DNA of 33,147 nt from a virus (Duplodnaviria; Caudoviricetes): positions 1 to 33,147 of IMG/VR virus record IMGVR_UViG_3300037195_001519, one strand, 5' to 3'. Below are positions 10,244 to 19,389 of the stretch, in pieces. The notes under the pieces are model-generated. The model worked only from the letters and a program-made list of their open reading frames with translations. It was not told where the DNA came from and made no database searches. A program made the position numbers and the translations under genes. Numbering within the stretch: position 1 is the stretch's first letter; the number at the start of each line of letters is the position of its first letter.

Positions 10244-11095
10244 CTACTCCTTTAATTTTGGTGTGACAATAATATCACCAGACTCATTGTCTAAAGACAA
10301 TGCAGAGTCTAAAGACTCTCTGTATAATTCTGAACATACCTTATATGCTTTTGTAGATACGGCTGGATATTCAGAAAATAAATCAATTGCTGTCCCATAT
10401 ATCAACACAGGTATCCACTCTGGTGGGAAATCGGGGTTATCTGTTTGAGCATCGAAGTCTTGTGGATATCTAACCGCGTCATATTCAAAGACATAATTTG
10501 TGTTGTCTGGATAAGGGAACAAGTAAATAAAAGAATTTGTTTCAGAGTTTTTCTTTTCAAAATAATACTGAGATGGTTCCCCTTTAGAATTTTTTCGTGA
10601 TCGGTTCAAGTATTCTTCTCTTGATATTGAATTTAAATTGCTTTCTTGGTCAGCTTTTATTAACTTAACATTTTCTAAAAACACAATATCGTTATCAACT
10701 GTATATTGATTTTTTGATACAGCTGATTGCGCCGTACTCCAGCTAGATCCTGTCGTAGAGGTTTCTTTATGATAAGCTAAATAATCAGCCCCACTAGACG
10801 GACGATTAGCCGCAACTGTTGTATGATTTCTAATAACTTCCCAGTTTTTAGTCGCATCCGTATCATCTACCCAAATAGTAGGTGTTTGTATGGATTGCAC
10901 TACCCTATCCATCCCCCACAGTTTTTTCATTAAAGCAGGGAACATTTTTATGCGTCCATTAACAGCCTGTATTCCATTTTGCATTTTCTCAGCAGAAAGA
11001 GTTTGCCCTTCAGCTAAGACGCCTAATTTTCTATGAGAGGCGCTCACTATTTGCGCTACTGTTAGATTCCAATCATATGATCCACTTTTTGCCAT
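10244..11095 (-). CDS. Head-tail adaptor, P22 gp4-like
   Basis: SGSYDWNLT..QIV..S.RKLGVL..GQT N-terminus, G.P.QYY...YLFPYPD and PDFPPEW...L.YG.A motifs. Confidence 0.75.
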   Translation of the reverse strand: MAKSGSYDWNLTVAQIVSASHRKLGVLAEGQTLSAEKMQNGIQAVNGRIKMFPALMKKLWGMDRVVQSIQTPTIWVDDTDATKNWEVIRNHTTVAANRPSSGADYLAYHKETSTTGSSWSTAQSAVSKNQYTVDNDIVFLENVKLIKADQESNLNSISREEYLNRSRKNSKGEPSQYYFEKKNSETNSFIYLFPYPDNTNYVFEYDAVRYPQDFDAQTDNPDFPPEWIPVLIYGTAIDLFSEYPAVSTKAYKVCSELYRESLDSALSLDNESGDIIVTPKLKE

Positions 11096-11295
11096 TATTC
11101 AACCCTTACCATAATGGTTTTTCTTGTTTCTTTATCACGAAGAAAACGAGGCTTTGGGTCGTGGTCTCTTGAACACACAATCATGCCGTCCCATCGTTTC
11201 TTTAACTCAGACCTCAAGAAATCCCTCCCACAAACATCACACTCTTTTTTGTAAGTGCCTGAAACATAACGATTTAAGGGATACTGCGTATACAT
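11095..11295 (-). CDS. Small Zn-binding phage protein
   Basis: CDVCG...LKKRWDG.IVC..D.D pattern. TAATG-coupled on both sides. Confidence 0.7.
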   Translation of the reverse strand: MYTQYPLNRYVSGTYKKECDVCGRDFLRSELKKRWDGMIVCSRDHDPKPRFLRDKETRKTIMVRVE

Positions 11296-11453
11296 TATTT
11301 CTTGTCCTTTTTCTTGTCCTCTACATTTACTTCAGGTAAAGATTTTAATGTCACTATAGCCTGAAAAACATATCTAGCAGGGGCTTCCTGAATATCTAGA
11401 AGTATAGAATTTAATTGCTTTAAAGTTATTTCAAACTTTCTTTCATTACTCAT
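11295..11453 (-). CDS. Small hypothetical protein (52 aa, not in ORF track)
   Basis: MSNERKFEITLKQLNSILLDIQEAPARYVFQAIVTLKSLPEVNVEDKKKDKK fills the gap exactly, with TAATG overlaps at both ends. Confidence 0.75.
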   Translation of the reverse strand: MSNERKFEITLKQLNSILLDIQEAPARYVFQAIVTLKSLPEVNVEDKKKDKK

Positions 11454-12220
11454 TATGATGCTGCTGTTGTAGATACAGTAAAGTGATAAACAGTTCCATT
11501 TATTTTCATTGCAATTGAACCTGATGCAGCCGCAGGTGTCCCCGACGCAAATATTCCTGCCCCCTCAGTTCTCACAGACGGTATTGTGTTCCCTGCGCTT
11601 AAATCCTCAGATATAATCTGAATTGCGTTAGCAAGAGCGCCACCTTGTGTCCCATTCGCGATAGCTAAAACCCCCGCAGCAGAAGCCCCGAAAGAGGTTG
11701 TGTTTAAACCAAAATTTCCAGAAGCATCAAATCTCGAGGTAACACCGCCATTATTAGGGGCTATATCAACCTGACTATCAGAGTCTATTTTTATACCGCT
11801 TCCGTCTATACTTATAATCCCCCTAACATCTAAACTTGTAGACCGAAGATTAATAGCGGCATCCGCTGTAGCATCCCCTAATGTTAGACCTCTAAAAACA
11901 GGAATATCAGCAGCCCCTAAACCTAAAGAAGTCCTCGCTGTTGCTTCTGACTCTGCTACCCAATTAGCTCCGTCTCCTACAATAATGTTGCCATCTGTAA
12001 CTGCTAATCCTGCAATGTCTGCTAACCCTGCATCATAAGCCTGCACATCTGTTCCTATTGCTAAACCTAAAGAAGTCCTTGCTGTTGCTCCTGACTCTGC
12101 TACCCATGTAGTCCCGTTCCCAACTATGACATTACTATCTGTAGGCGTTAAATCTCCTATGTTAACAAGCTCATCATCCCTTACAAGAGATACGCCTCTT
12201 GCGCCTTGTGATACTGTCAT
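11453..12220 (-). CDS. Fibre-like virion protein with internal 48-aa repeat
   Basis: Two copies of TD.N.IVG.G..WVAES.ATARTSLGL and an IGTDVQAYDA fibre motif. Confidence 0.65.
   Translation of the reverse strand: MTVSQGARGVSLVRDDELVNIGDLTPTDSNVIVGNGTTWVAESGATARTSLGLAIGTDVQAYDAGLADIAGLAVTDGNIIVGDGANWVAESEATARTSLGLGAADIPVFRGLTLGDATADAAINLRSTSLDVRGIISIDGSGIKIDSDSQVDIAPNNGGVTSRFDASGNFGLNTTSFGASAAGVLAIANGTQGGALANAIQIISEDLSAGNTIPSVRTEGAGIFASGTPAAASGSIAMKINGTVYHFTVSTTAAS
11917..12106. repeat. Intragenic direct repeat, 46 bp x2, 144-bp period
   Basis: 11917-11962 and 12061-12106 are identical at 44/46 positions. Confidence 0.9.
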
Positions 12221-12222
12221 AT

Positions 12223-12858
12223 CTAAACTCCTGACTGGATCAAAGTCCCAGTAAGCGTACCAGACGTAAAACTTGTAATAATGATTCGAACAGCTTCAAC
12301 GTTAAATGCATAGTTTCCATCTGCGTCAGCAGTCTGTGCAGCTAAATCATCATGGTTAAACCACTTAAGCGCATCCAAACTAGTATCTATCTGAACATTA
12401 TCAAACGTATGCTGAACGGTATAAGTTAAAGTGTTGGATATATCTATTCCAATACCAACATTAAATGGGGTTTGATATCTATCTAATGGTATGGTGTTAG
12501 ATGAAGATTGCCCATTTACCCCTACGGTAATTGCACCAGCAGTATCATCATCAACTGTAACACTCGTTACCGTCTTAAAATACTTTGTTGTAGACACTGC
12601 CCCTGCGTTAGGGTCTTCTACAACCTCTGATATTGTATTCCCTCTATAATCAGTGCCTGTAATAGTAAAATCTCGCCCCGTCTCATTTCCAGCCGCAGTA
12701 ACTTGAATCAAGTGCCCTTGGTTTAATGTTACAGAACCACCAGAAGCTAATGCCCCTGCAATGGTGAGCGATTGCTCACCACTAGCCGAAGGGGTTTGAC
12801 TTGCACAAATTCCATCTGCATCAGATTGAGGCGTTAACGTGAATTGTTTAGGTCTCAT
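12223..12858 (-). CDS. Virion structural protein (putative head decoration)
   Basis: Thr/Gly/Ala-rich beta protein (DADGICASQ, FTITGTD..G, YTVQHTFD) in the post-capsid cluster, with GGAGG SD. Confidence 0.6.
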   Translation of the reverse strand: MRPKQFTLTPQSDADGICASQTPSASGEQSLTIAGALASGGSVTLNQGHLIQVTAAGNETGRDFTITGTDYRGNTISEVVEDPNAGAVSTTKYFKTVTSVTVDDDTAGAITVGVNGQSSSNTIPLDRYQTPFNVGIGIDISNTLTYTVQHTFDNVQIDTSLDALKWFNHDDLAAQTADADGNYAFNVEAVRIIITSFTSGTLTGTLIQSGV

Positions 12859-12870
12859 AGTTAACCCTCC

Positions 12871-13800
12871 TTATGAATCAACTGCTGGTAATAAATATCC
12901 TGAAGCATCTACCGCAGCCGTAGCATAGTTTTCAAACATTCCAAAGTTAGTTCCGGCTGTAATCAACAACTCAGAAGCAGTGTCAAGGTGTCGCACATAG
13001 TTCTTAGCAACGATACCTGTATTAGCTGTAGTTGTGTCCGCTGTAACCAATAATGGGTTAGCGTCATTCAACCGAATAACTTTGTTCCCAATAATCTCTA
13101 CATTTGTAATGTCTTTTCCTGTTGCTACAGCGGCAATAGCTGGTAAATCAGAAGTATTTACCCCAAGGTTGAAATAACAATCGATAACCTTAAGCCCATC
13201 CAAATCAGAATCAATATTCAAGAATGAAGTTGTCGCTGTGTCTGGTTCAATCCATTTACAATTATGGAACTCAAGACCGTCACATTCGTTATTCGTTGTA
13301 CCTGTATCTACAATCTCAACAAAATTCATATTTGTTGCAGTCGCAACAAAGTCACAGTTATACGCTTTGAAATTAGTAGCTGAAGGAGTAAACAAGTCTG
13401 CAATATCTGCAAAGTTTGCACTAAACTTTAAACCTTTAACAGTCACATTTGCTGCACTTACTGCAATTGTAGTTGTAGTGGCTGTATCTAATGTAAATGT
13501 AGGTTTAAGAGTCCCTTCCCCCATACCTACAATATTCACACCAGCTTTATTAAAAGCTAAAGCTGTCGCACTTGAAATTGTCTCAGCATGTCCAGGTTTA
13601 ATCATAATAATATCACCGTTGCTGGCAACACATTTATCAATAGCAGCTTGAAGGGTTACAAAGGGGCTTCTAAACGACCCTTTCCCTGCGTCTCCAGCTC
13701 CACTATCAACCCAATAAACGTTTCCTGGGTAAGAGTTTAATATTGGTAAATTCTGGACTACTAATCCACCTGCAAATCCTGTTGGGTAATTACTTGGCAT
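12871..13800 (-). CDS. Beta-helix capsid-associated spike/decoration protein
   Basis: VYWVDS...G.GS...PF.TL..AI..C...GDII.IKPGH.E is a typical pectate-lyase-like N-cap. Directly follows the MCP gene. Confidence 0.7.
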   Translation of the reverse strand: MPSNYPTGFAGGLVVQNLPILNSYPGNVYWVDSGAGDAGKGSFRSPFVTLQAAIDKCVASNGDIIMIKPGHAETISSATALAFNKAGVNIVGMGEGTLKPTFTLDTATTTTIAVSAANVTVKGLKFSANFADIADLFTPSATNFKAYNCDFVATATNMNFVEIVDTGTTNNECDGLEFHNCKWIEPDTATTSFLNIDSDLDGLKVIDCYFNLGVNTSDLPAIAAVATGKDITNVEIIGNKVIRLNDANPLLVTADTTTANTGIVAKNYVRHLDTASELLITAGTNFGMFENYATAAVDASGYLLPAVDS

Positions 13801-13825
13801 TGTACCTTCTCCTTTTAAATTGATT

Positions 13826-13854
13826 TAGAGACCCCTTGTTAAAAGGGGTCTCTA
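13826..13854 (-). terminator. Stem-loop after major capsid gene (partial terminator or mRNA stabiliser)
   Basis: Perfect 12-bp stem TAGAGACCCCTT/AAGGGGTCTCTA with a 5-nt loop and no U-tract. Confidence 0.6.
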
Positions 13855-13862
13855 TATTAGCT

Positions 13863-14756
13863 TTATTGTCCTGGGGAACCGTAAACTGATCTCCAATCGA
13901 ACCAACCGAACGCAATTCGGAAGTATGTTTTGAACTTCGCAACGTCAGTATCGAAATCGTTGTCTTTTCGGAATTCAGCAGGGAATACACGTTTTTGACA
14001 AACTAAACCTTCGGCACTTGTACGAACAAACCACGCATCACTATCAGTTAGGTAGTGATTAACATGGACTTCAACATTGTTGTTGAATGGGTTAATACTT
14101 CTTTCTGCTGTTTCTGGATCGTCAGGAGAGTCAATTATTCGTTTTGCAGTAGCCATATCACTTGGTGATACGATCAGCTTTTTAGGCATAACTTTAATTT
14201 TCTTTCCTCGTCCAGAAGTGAAAGCTGCAATATCAATCAATGCTTGCTCATAAGAGGTCATTGAAAGATCTGATGCTGTGCTTGGCTCATTAGAACCAGT
14301 CCCACCACCTGGAAGGGGATGCGCTGCCGAACAAAGTTCAACACCGTCTGCACCAGTGTAAGAATTGTTAAACGCTCGGTTAAGAACGTTAGCTGCCATA
14401 TTCTCTACAGTATCAACAACTGACATAGCTAATGCTTTAGGCATGTTATTGATTTTTCTGTACTGGTCATCGTCATGCATCTCACGCGTAACTTTAAACC
14501 CTAAGGAATAAGTTAAGTTAGTGAGAGTAGTCTTATAACCTTGGATAGGATCATCATATGATGTAGCTGATCCCTCTGTTTTTTCAGGGACTTGTCCAAA
14601 TCCAGTTAACTCTTGGTATTCCTCGAATTTTCGATCAGAAACCATTGAATTAAAAACTTGCTCGAACTCAGGGGTCCATTGCTCATAATTGTCACCAAAT
14701 ATGGCCTTTAATCCTGGTTCCAGAAGTTCTGATAAAGATGATGTAGTTGTAGTCAT
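13863..14756 (-). CDS. Major capsid protein (Mu gpT-like, HK97 fold)
   Basis: LLEPGL...FG..Y, S.R.FEE...LTGFG..PEK.EG, Y.LGF.VTREM.DD, P.KLIV, HYLTD.DAWF and FGW.DWR..YGSPG motifs. Confidence 0.92.
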   Translation of the reverse strand: MTTTTSSLSELLEPGLKAIFGDNYEQWTPEFEQVFNSMVSDRKFEEYQELTGFGQVPEKTEGSATSYDDPIQGYKTTLTNLTYSLGFKVTREMHDDDQYRKINNMPKALAMSVVDTVENMAANVLNRAFNNSYTGADGVELCSAAHPLPGGGTGSNEPSTASDLSMTSYEQALIDIAAFTSGRGKKIKVMPKKLIVSPSDMATAKRIIDSPDDPETAERSINPFNNNVEVHVNHYLTDSDAWFVRTSAEGLVCQKRVFPAEFRKDNDFDTDVAKFKTYFRIAFGWFDWRSVYGSPGQ

Positions 14757-14775
14757 TTTATTTCACTCCTTTTAA

Positions 14776-15315
14776 TTAGATACTCGCCACAGTAGTTTTG
14801 TGGTGTTCTTGTATTTTTACAATAAGATCAACATGTTCTGCCCATGTATTTTCAGGGGTTTCAACTTTCCCAAAAATCTTCAATTGAAGACCTGTTCCAA
14901 TATCACTTGAATCTAGTTCATGACCAGAAAGACCCGTGTCAGTGCTTCCTGCTCCAGCTACATGGTTTGCAGTTGCAAATCGAGCTGTTTCAGCAACAGC
15001 TGTACCCGTGTCAGCTTGAACAACAAACAATGCATTTGGATCATCTACAACCAAAACATACCCAGCAGTACTCGCTGCCAATGTTTTAACTGGTTTTTTA
15101 TTTGAATCATAAATCCCTTCTGCAACACCAATAACTGAAACACCATCATTAGCAGATGCAGGGGTAATATTCCCGTCCGATTCAGCTTTCATTAAGTCTC
15201 CTTTAAAAACTGCGGTTCCATTAGACGCGTCTACAGGATAAAGAGAACGTCCAGCGTCTCCTCCTCCTTCTTTTCCTATACAAACAAAGCCTTTTGGGCT
15301 ATCTGAATTTGCCAT
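14776..15315 (-). CDS. Capsid cement / minor head protein
   Basis: MAN.DSP.GF, AVFKGD and V.DDPN..F.VQ motifs. Immediately upstream of the MCP gene. Confidence 0.7.
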   Translation of the reverse strand: MANSDSPKGFVCIGKEGGGDAGRSLYPVDASNGTAVFKGDLMKAESDGNITPASANDGVSVIGVAEGIYDSNKKPVKTLAASTAGYVLVVDDPNALFVVQADTGTAVAETARFATANHVAGAGSTDTGLSGHELDSSDIGTGLQLKIFGKVETPENTWAEHVDLIVKIQEHHKTTVASI

Positions 15316-15328
15316 ATTTATTCATCTC

Positions 15329-15922
15329 CTAACTTATTTTAATGTCTCCATAAGTTTCAGTAGCTGTCTGATCGGCAAACTGTTCTTTTAGTTTTTCTGG
15401 GGTAGACTCTAAGTTTTGAAAAAACTTGGCCCTTTGCTTGGCCATCTCTTTAGGTATCCTCATCAAAACTAATTCCCGAACTCTTTTTACTGAATCAGTT
15501 GCAGCCCCATCACTCATGGACCGGATCGGCAGTTCTGCGGAATCGTTGTTTTTAACAACTTCCCACCCTTCTGCCTGAGCTTTATCTAATCTTCCTGGTC
15601 GGCTAGAATCGAAAAAACGATAACTATATTTTGGGTCTCTTCCTTTAACATGAGTTAAAGCAGCAGGACGCCAAGATTTAGAACCAACTTTTCTAGGAAT
15701 TTCAACTTTAGCAGGGGTTAATCCTGGGTTAAATTTTTCTTCTAAAGCTTCGTTTTTAAGCTTTGTTTGCGCTGTTTGCGTATTTAATGAGGCGCCACTC
15801 TCTTGTGACGGTTTTTCTTGAGGCGAATCATCTTCGTTTAGTGATTCGAGGGCGTCTAAATCATGCCGATTTAAACCTTCTGTTTTAATTGTATCATTAT
15901 TTTGTTTGTTTTCCAAAACCAT
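15329..15922 (-). CDS. Conserved head-module protein
   Basis: P.YSYRF....EGWEVV...LVLMRIPKE..QR motif, typical of the gene between scaffold and cement. Confidence 0.6.
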   Translation of the reverse strand: MVLENKQNNDTIKTEGLNRHDLDALESLNEDDSPQEKPSQESGASLNTQTAQTKLKNEALEEKFNPGLTPAKVEIPRKVGSKSWRPAALTHVKGRDPKYSYRFFDSSRPGRLDKAQAEGWEVVKNNDSAELPIRSMSDGAATDSVKRVRELVLMRIPKEMAKQRAKFFQNLESTPEKLKEQFADQTATETYGDIKIS

Positions 15923-15923
15923 A

Positions 15924-16727
15924 TTAAGCTCCTTTTAATAATTGTTTTTGTTTTTGATATCGCTTCATTGCATCTTCTTTTGTATTTGTACCTGGAACAT
16001 AAAGCATTTTTATTGCTAACCGTTTTTCGGCTTCACTTAAAGATACCTCGTCACTTGACCCCATTGGTGGCTGACTGGATACTCCGTCTACAGGGTCTTG
16101 AGAACTGTATCTTTTTGATTCCTGAGTCACAGAGTGTTCAGTGTTTACCCTTCTTGAAACTTCCGCTAAAAATTCAGCATTTGTTTTCTTTCCCCACTCT
16201 GGATCTTGAAGCATTTCATTATTAACCTTATGTGCTAAATCGGTTTTTGCATTATCAGTCCCATACCAAGGGTTATAAGTTTGGAAAATTCTCATTTCCT
16301 GTTCTTGCTTTGAATCTGAGGGGGAAGATTGAGTCTCTTTTTTGGGTTCTGGTTTATTCTGGGAGGCCACAAACTCCGCATAAGATAAATTTAATTCAGC
16401 GACCTTCTCATTGTCCCCTGTTTCTGACGCTTCACGTATTGCTTGCTTATACTCTTCTTTTTTAGAATTTATTTCAGAGGAGTTATGCTTCTCTTCAAGT
16501 GATTCCAAGCGAGATGACAACGCCTCATTTTGTTGTCTTAAATCACCAACTATACGCTCCGACTCTTTCCATCTTCCATAAACCTGATTAAATCGTGGAT
16601 GCTCTGGTTTTGGCTGGTTTTCTTTTTCTTCTTTATTTTCTGTCGCTTGTGGCTGAGCTTGATCCTGACCTTGTTCTAGTCCTGGATTTTCTTCGCTTAC
16701 CGTGGACGAGTTATCTTGTTCAGTCAT
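15924..16727 (-). CDS. Capsid scaffolding protein
   Basis: Acidic disordered N-terminus, coiled coil, NPWYG.D motif and C-terminal V.LS.AEK..A helix. Confidence 0.75.
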   Translation of the reverse strand: MTEQDNSSTVSEENPGLEQGQDQAQPQATENKEEKENQPKPEHPRFNQVYGRWKESERIVGDLRQQNEALSSRLESLEEKHNSSEINSKKEEYKQAIREASETGDNEKVAELNLSYAEFVASQNKPEPKKETQSSPSDSKQEQEMRIFQTYNPWYGTDNAKTDLAHKVNNEMLQDPEWGKKTNAEFLAEVSRRVNTEHSVTQESKRYSSQDPVDGVSSQPPMGSSDEVSLSEAEKRLAIKMLYVPGTNTKEDAMKRYQKQKQLLKGA

Positions 16728-17074
16728 TATTTACCCCCCTTTACAATAAACAAGACATCCTCGTCGTTAATAATTTCGTACTTTTCACCTTCAAACTCTT
16801 GCGTAGTGCCTGCATACTTTCCCCACACAATGTTTTGACCTTTCATAAACTGATCATCGCAAGTGTCGCCTACTGCTAAAATGCAGCCCTTAGATATTTG
16901 ACTTCTTTTTACATCTTCAAGGCTAACCCCTGGCATAAACAAACCAAACTTACTAAAGACTTGTCCATTTCGGATTTCAACCTCTCGCCCGTCATATTTA
17001 AGTCCTTTATCGTCATTTTCTCTTTTTACAATTATTCGATTGTATACTGGCTGTATTGGCAATTCTTTTTCCAT
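16727..17074 (-). CDS. groES: Phage co-chaperonin GroES-like
   Basis: IQPVYNRIIVKR, GL.MP, G.ILAVG, G..IVWGKYAGT and GEKY.IINDEDVL match the Cpn10 pattern. Confidence 0.88.
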   Translation of the reverse strand: MEKELPIQPVYNRIIVKRENDDKGLKYDGREVEIRNGQVFSKFGLFMPGVSLEDVKRSQISKGCILAVGDTCDDQFMKGQNIVWGKYAGTTQEFEGEKYEIINDEDVLFIVKGGK

Positions 17075-17077
17075 TAA

Positions 17078-17299
17078 TTATTCTCCTTTTCCTTTTTTTA
17101 ATTCTATCGCCTCGATGACATCTTCGTAGCCGTCTCTCTTCCCTTGTGAAAGGCAGTAATCCTTACACAGCGAAAACATGGACTCCGAACTAAATCTGTC
17201 CTCAAGAACTCTCGACCTCATTTCTTTTATTTCTTTTACGAATTGTTTTGTAATGGGAGACGTTGACCACTCGTGCCATTCTTCTTCTGTGAATTGCAC
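17078..17299 (-). CDS. Hypothetical protein (73 aa, GTG start)
   Basis: EEW.EW..SP.TK.F motif. TAGTG overlap with the portal stop codon. Confidence 0.65.
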   Translation of the reverse strand: MQFTEEEWHEWSTSPITKQFVKEIKEMRSRVLEDRFSSESMFSLCKDYCLSQGKRDGYEDVIEAIELKKGKGE

Positions 17300-19254
17300 T
17301 AAATTTCACCCCCTTCAGAAGCTTCTTGTATTAATACTTGCTCTTGGGTTCGCTGCTCTTGTGCTTTTTGTAAGTAAATAAAACTAATATGGGCTTGTTT
17401 ATGCTTCTCAATAAGAGATTTTGCTTTTCCACTTATTGCGCCGTAGAAGTCGGACTGTTCAAATTCTTGGATAATAGCAAGATGCTGCGCGTGGTTATCT
17501 GATTCATTAACCACAACATCTTCTTCACTGATCATCTTTTGCATTTCTTGTTCTTGGGTTAATTCCACCGGTTCTTGTGTTTGTGGAAGTTTTACTATCT
17601 GCTGGATAAAAGAATCATCAATGTCTAATGTCTTCATTAAGTTAACCGTTGCCAAGTAAATGGACTCAGGATCATTTGCGGTTAAAGGATTTGAAAGGAT
17701 AGTGTCATAAACGAATTGGGCCTTAGCTGCTTTTTCCTGTCTAGATATGATATTGCTATCACTAACGGGCCTTACATCTAAAGGAGTATTAAAATCCTGT
17801 GATATAACCGCTAAGGTATCCGCTTTATTACTCCCAAATTGTTTGACAACACCATCATTTATAACAACACGATAATATTCGTCTAAATCTAAGTGGAGAG
17901 AAAGAAGCCTGTCCATCTTATAAAGCTCTTCGCCTAACGATTGATGTGTTCTTTTATGAATAGAGCTAAATACTTTTGTCCCCTGCTCAATTGCAGCTGC
18001 AACGGCAGTGGCGCTTGTATCTGAACTTGGCATAGCTCCAGTTTGTGTCTCTGTAACAGTGGTCAACCTATTAGCGTAATCTTGAAGTCCACCAAGTAAG
18101 CTAAACAATACTTGTGAAGGAGAACCAAAGTTAAATGGCATAATTGCCTTTTTGATATCATCTCCTTTTAACTTCAACTCGCTAAACTTGCCCATTTGAA
18201 AATCAATATCACCTTTCTTAGCTCCTGACCCAGATAAGGTAAACCCGCCTTGCAAGTTTTGGAGTGTTCCAGAATCTATTAATTGATTAATAATTGAGTT
18301 AACAGACTCATTCGGTCCCTCAAGCAAAAGGCCAAACCCATAACCATAAAACCCATCTGGGTTTGGTAGAAAGTCATATTTTGTAAAATATTCCATTACT
18401 TCATTAGGGTCTTTAGGGTGTACTCTTGAAACTAAACGCAACAATTCCCCTGACTGATAATCAACGGTTGCTATCATTGGCTCTTTGCTTCCGTCTTTAT
18501 TCCCTGGATCAATGTACGTATGTTGTTCTAGAATGAGCCTTGGGGATATATTGTCAGAAGACGAAGAAGGCGTGAGGCCAACATTTTTAAGATGTTGGAG
18601 CTTAACTTCATCAACTGCGGTGTTGCCTGGTTCTGATAATTCTACAGGCAGATATACCCCCTTTTTTTGTAATATCTTAATATTATTAACACTCTTATAC
18701 AGATTTTGAGTGTGACGCTCTGAATCTTCCAAATAACGGGTTGTGTAATTAACCACAAAGTCTGTAGGCGATAAATAATCACTTACAATTCGACCTTTCA
18801 CTGTGTCAAAGTAAGTTTTTCTTATGACACAACCTTCAATTGCCATTTTTAGTAATGTGACATCCATTGATTTCCTGAACTCTTTAATTTTGAAATCGAT
18901 TAAAAAGTTCCTGTATTTTTCTGTTCGATCTGCCTTTGCTTTGTCTTCCGTCTCTTCGCCAATAGGAAATGATTTTGAAATGTTTTTTGATGGTAATAAG
19001 GCCTCATATGCTCTTGCTTGGTACTGAATGCAAGCCATAGTAAGCATAGGTAAACCCACATTACTGCAATCTTCCCAAGGGAAATTTTTAGTATCCCTTT
19101 GCAACGAATAAAGCTTAGCCCAGTTTGAATGCATCTTCTCCCACTCTGATCTACTAGATAAATCCGTTTGATATCCATCTAATACTGAAGACGCTATCTC
19201 TTTTCTTTTTTCTTGTGTTAAGTCTTTTGCTATATTTATGATCTCATCAGGCAT
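17299..19254 (-). CDS. Portal protein (P22-like)
   Basis: 651 aa with D..SR.EW, FPWE..SNV..P.L..A..Q, DFVV.Y, F..Y.FLP...GFYG.G and NQLID.GTL.N motifs. Lies after TerL. Confidence 0.92.
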   Translation of the reverse strand: MPDEIINIAKDLTQEKRKEIASSVLDGYQTDLSSRSEWEKMHSNWAKLYSLQRDTKNFPWEDCSNVGLPMLTMACIQYQARAYEALLPSKNISKSFPIGEETEDKAKADRTEKYRNFLIDFKIKEFRKSMDVTLLKMAIEGCVIRKTYFDTVKGRIVSDYLSPTDFVVNYTTRYLEDSERHTQNLYKSVNNIKILQKKGVYLPVELSEPGNTAVDEVKLQHLKNVGLTPSSSSDNISPRLILEQHTYIDPGNKDGSKEPMIATVDYQSGELLRLVSRVHPKDPNEVMEYFTKYDFLPNPDGFYGYGFGLLLEGPNESVNSIINQLIDSGTLQNLQGGFTLSGSGAKKGDIDFQMGKFSELKLKGDDIKKAIMPFNFGSPSQVLFSLLGGLQDYANRLTTVTETQTGAMPSSDTSATAVAAAIEQGTKVFSSIHKRTHQSLGEELYKMDRLLSLHLDLDEYYRVVINDGVVKQFGSNKADTLAVISQDFNTPLDVRPVSDSNIISRQEKAAKAQFVYDTILSNPLTANDPESIYLATVNLMKTLDIDDSFIQQIVKLPQTQEPVELTQEQEMQKMISEEDVVVNESDNHAQHLAIIQEFEQSDFYGAISGKAKSLIEKHKQAHISFIYLQKAQEQRTQEQVLIQEASEGGEI

Positions 19255-19274
19255 TTTTTTTCTCCTTTTTCAAA

Positions 19275-19322
19275 CAAAAAAAGGCGCAACAACAAAGAAT
19301 TTTAATCCTTGTCATTGCGCCT
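19275..19322 (-). terminator. Intrinsic terminator directly upstream of the portal RBS
   Basis: 17-bp stem (14 WC + 3 GU) AGGCGCAAUGACAAGGA/UCUUUGUUGUUGCGCCU with a 7-nt loop, ending in a U7 run. Confidence 0.85.
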
Positions 19323-19389
19323 CTAGTATTTCTAGTTAGCTACAATATATTTTAAGTCTTTTTATGCCTCTAACGTCTTGTTAGTCAGC
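19319..19389 (-). promoter_or_regulatory. Tandem RNA hairpin motif GCURA-CUA(N)-loop5-(N)UAG-AGGC x2 (candidate antiterminator)
   Basis: GCUGA CUAAC AAGAC GUUAG AGGC (19389-19366) and GCUAA CUAG AAAUA CUAG AGGC (19340-19319). The second copy shares AGGC with the terminator 5' arm. Confidence 0.65.

Noticed and set aside
11917-12106. Diversity-generating retroelement TR/VR pair
   Set aside because: It is an in-frame intragenic repeat of a fibre motif with two differences, and there is no reverse transcriptase in the window.
13790-13990. Read-through or frameshift fusion of MCP to the downstream beta-helix protein
   Set aside because: The MCP stop is followed by a second in-frame TAA, the downstream frame has a TAG within the intergenic region, and the 66-aa overlapping ORF is in the third frame and ends at 13790.
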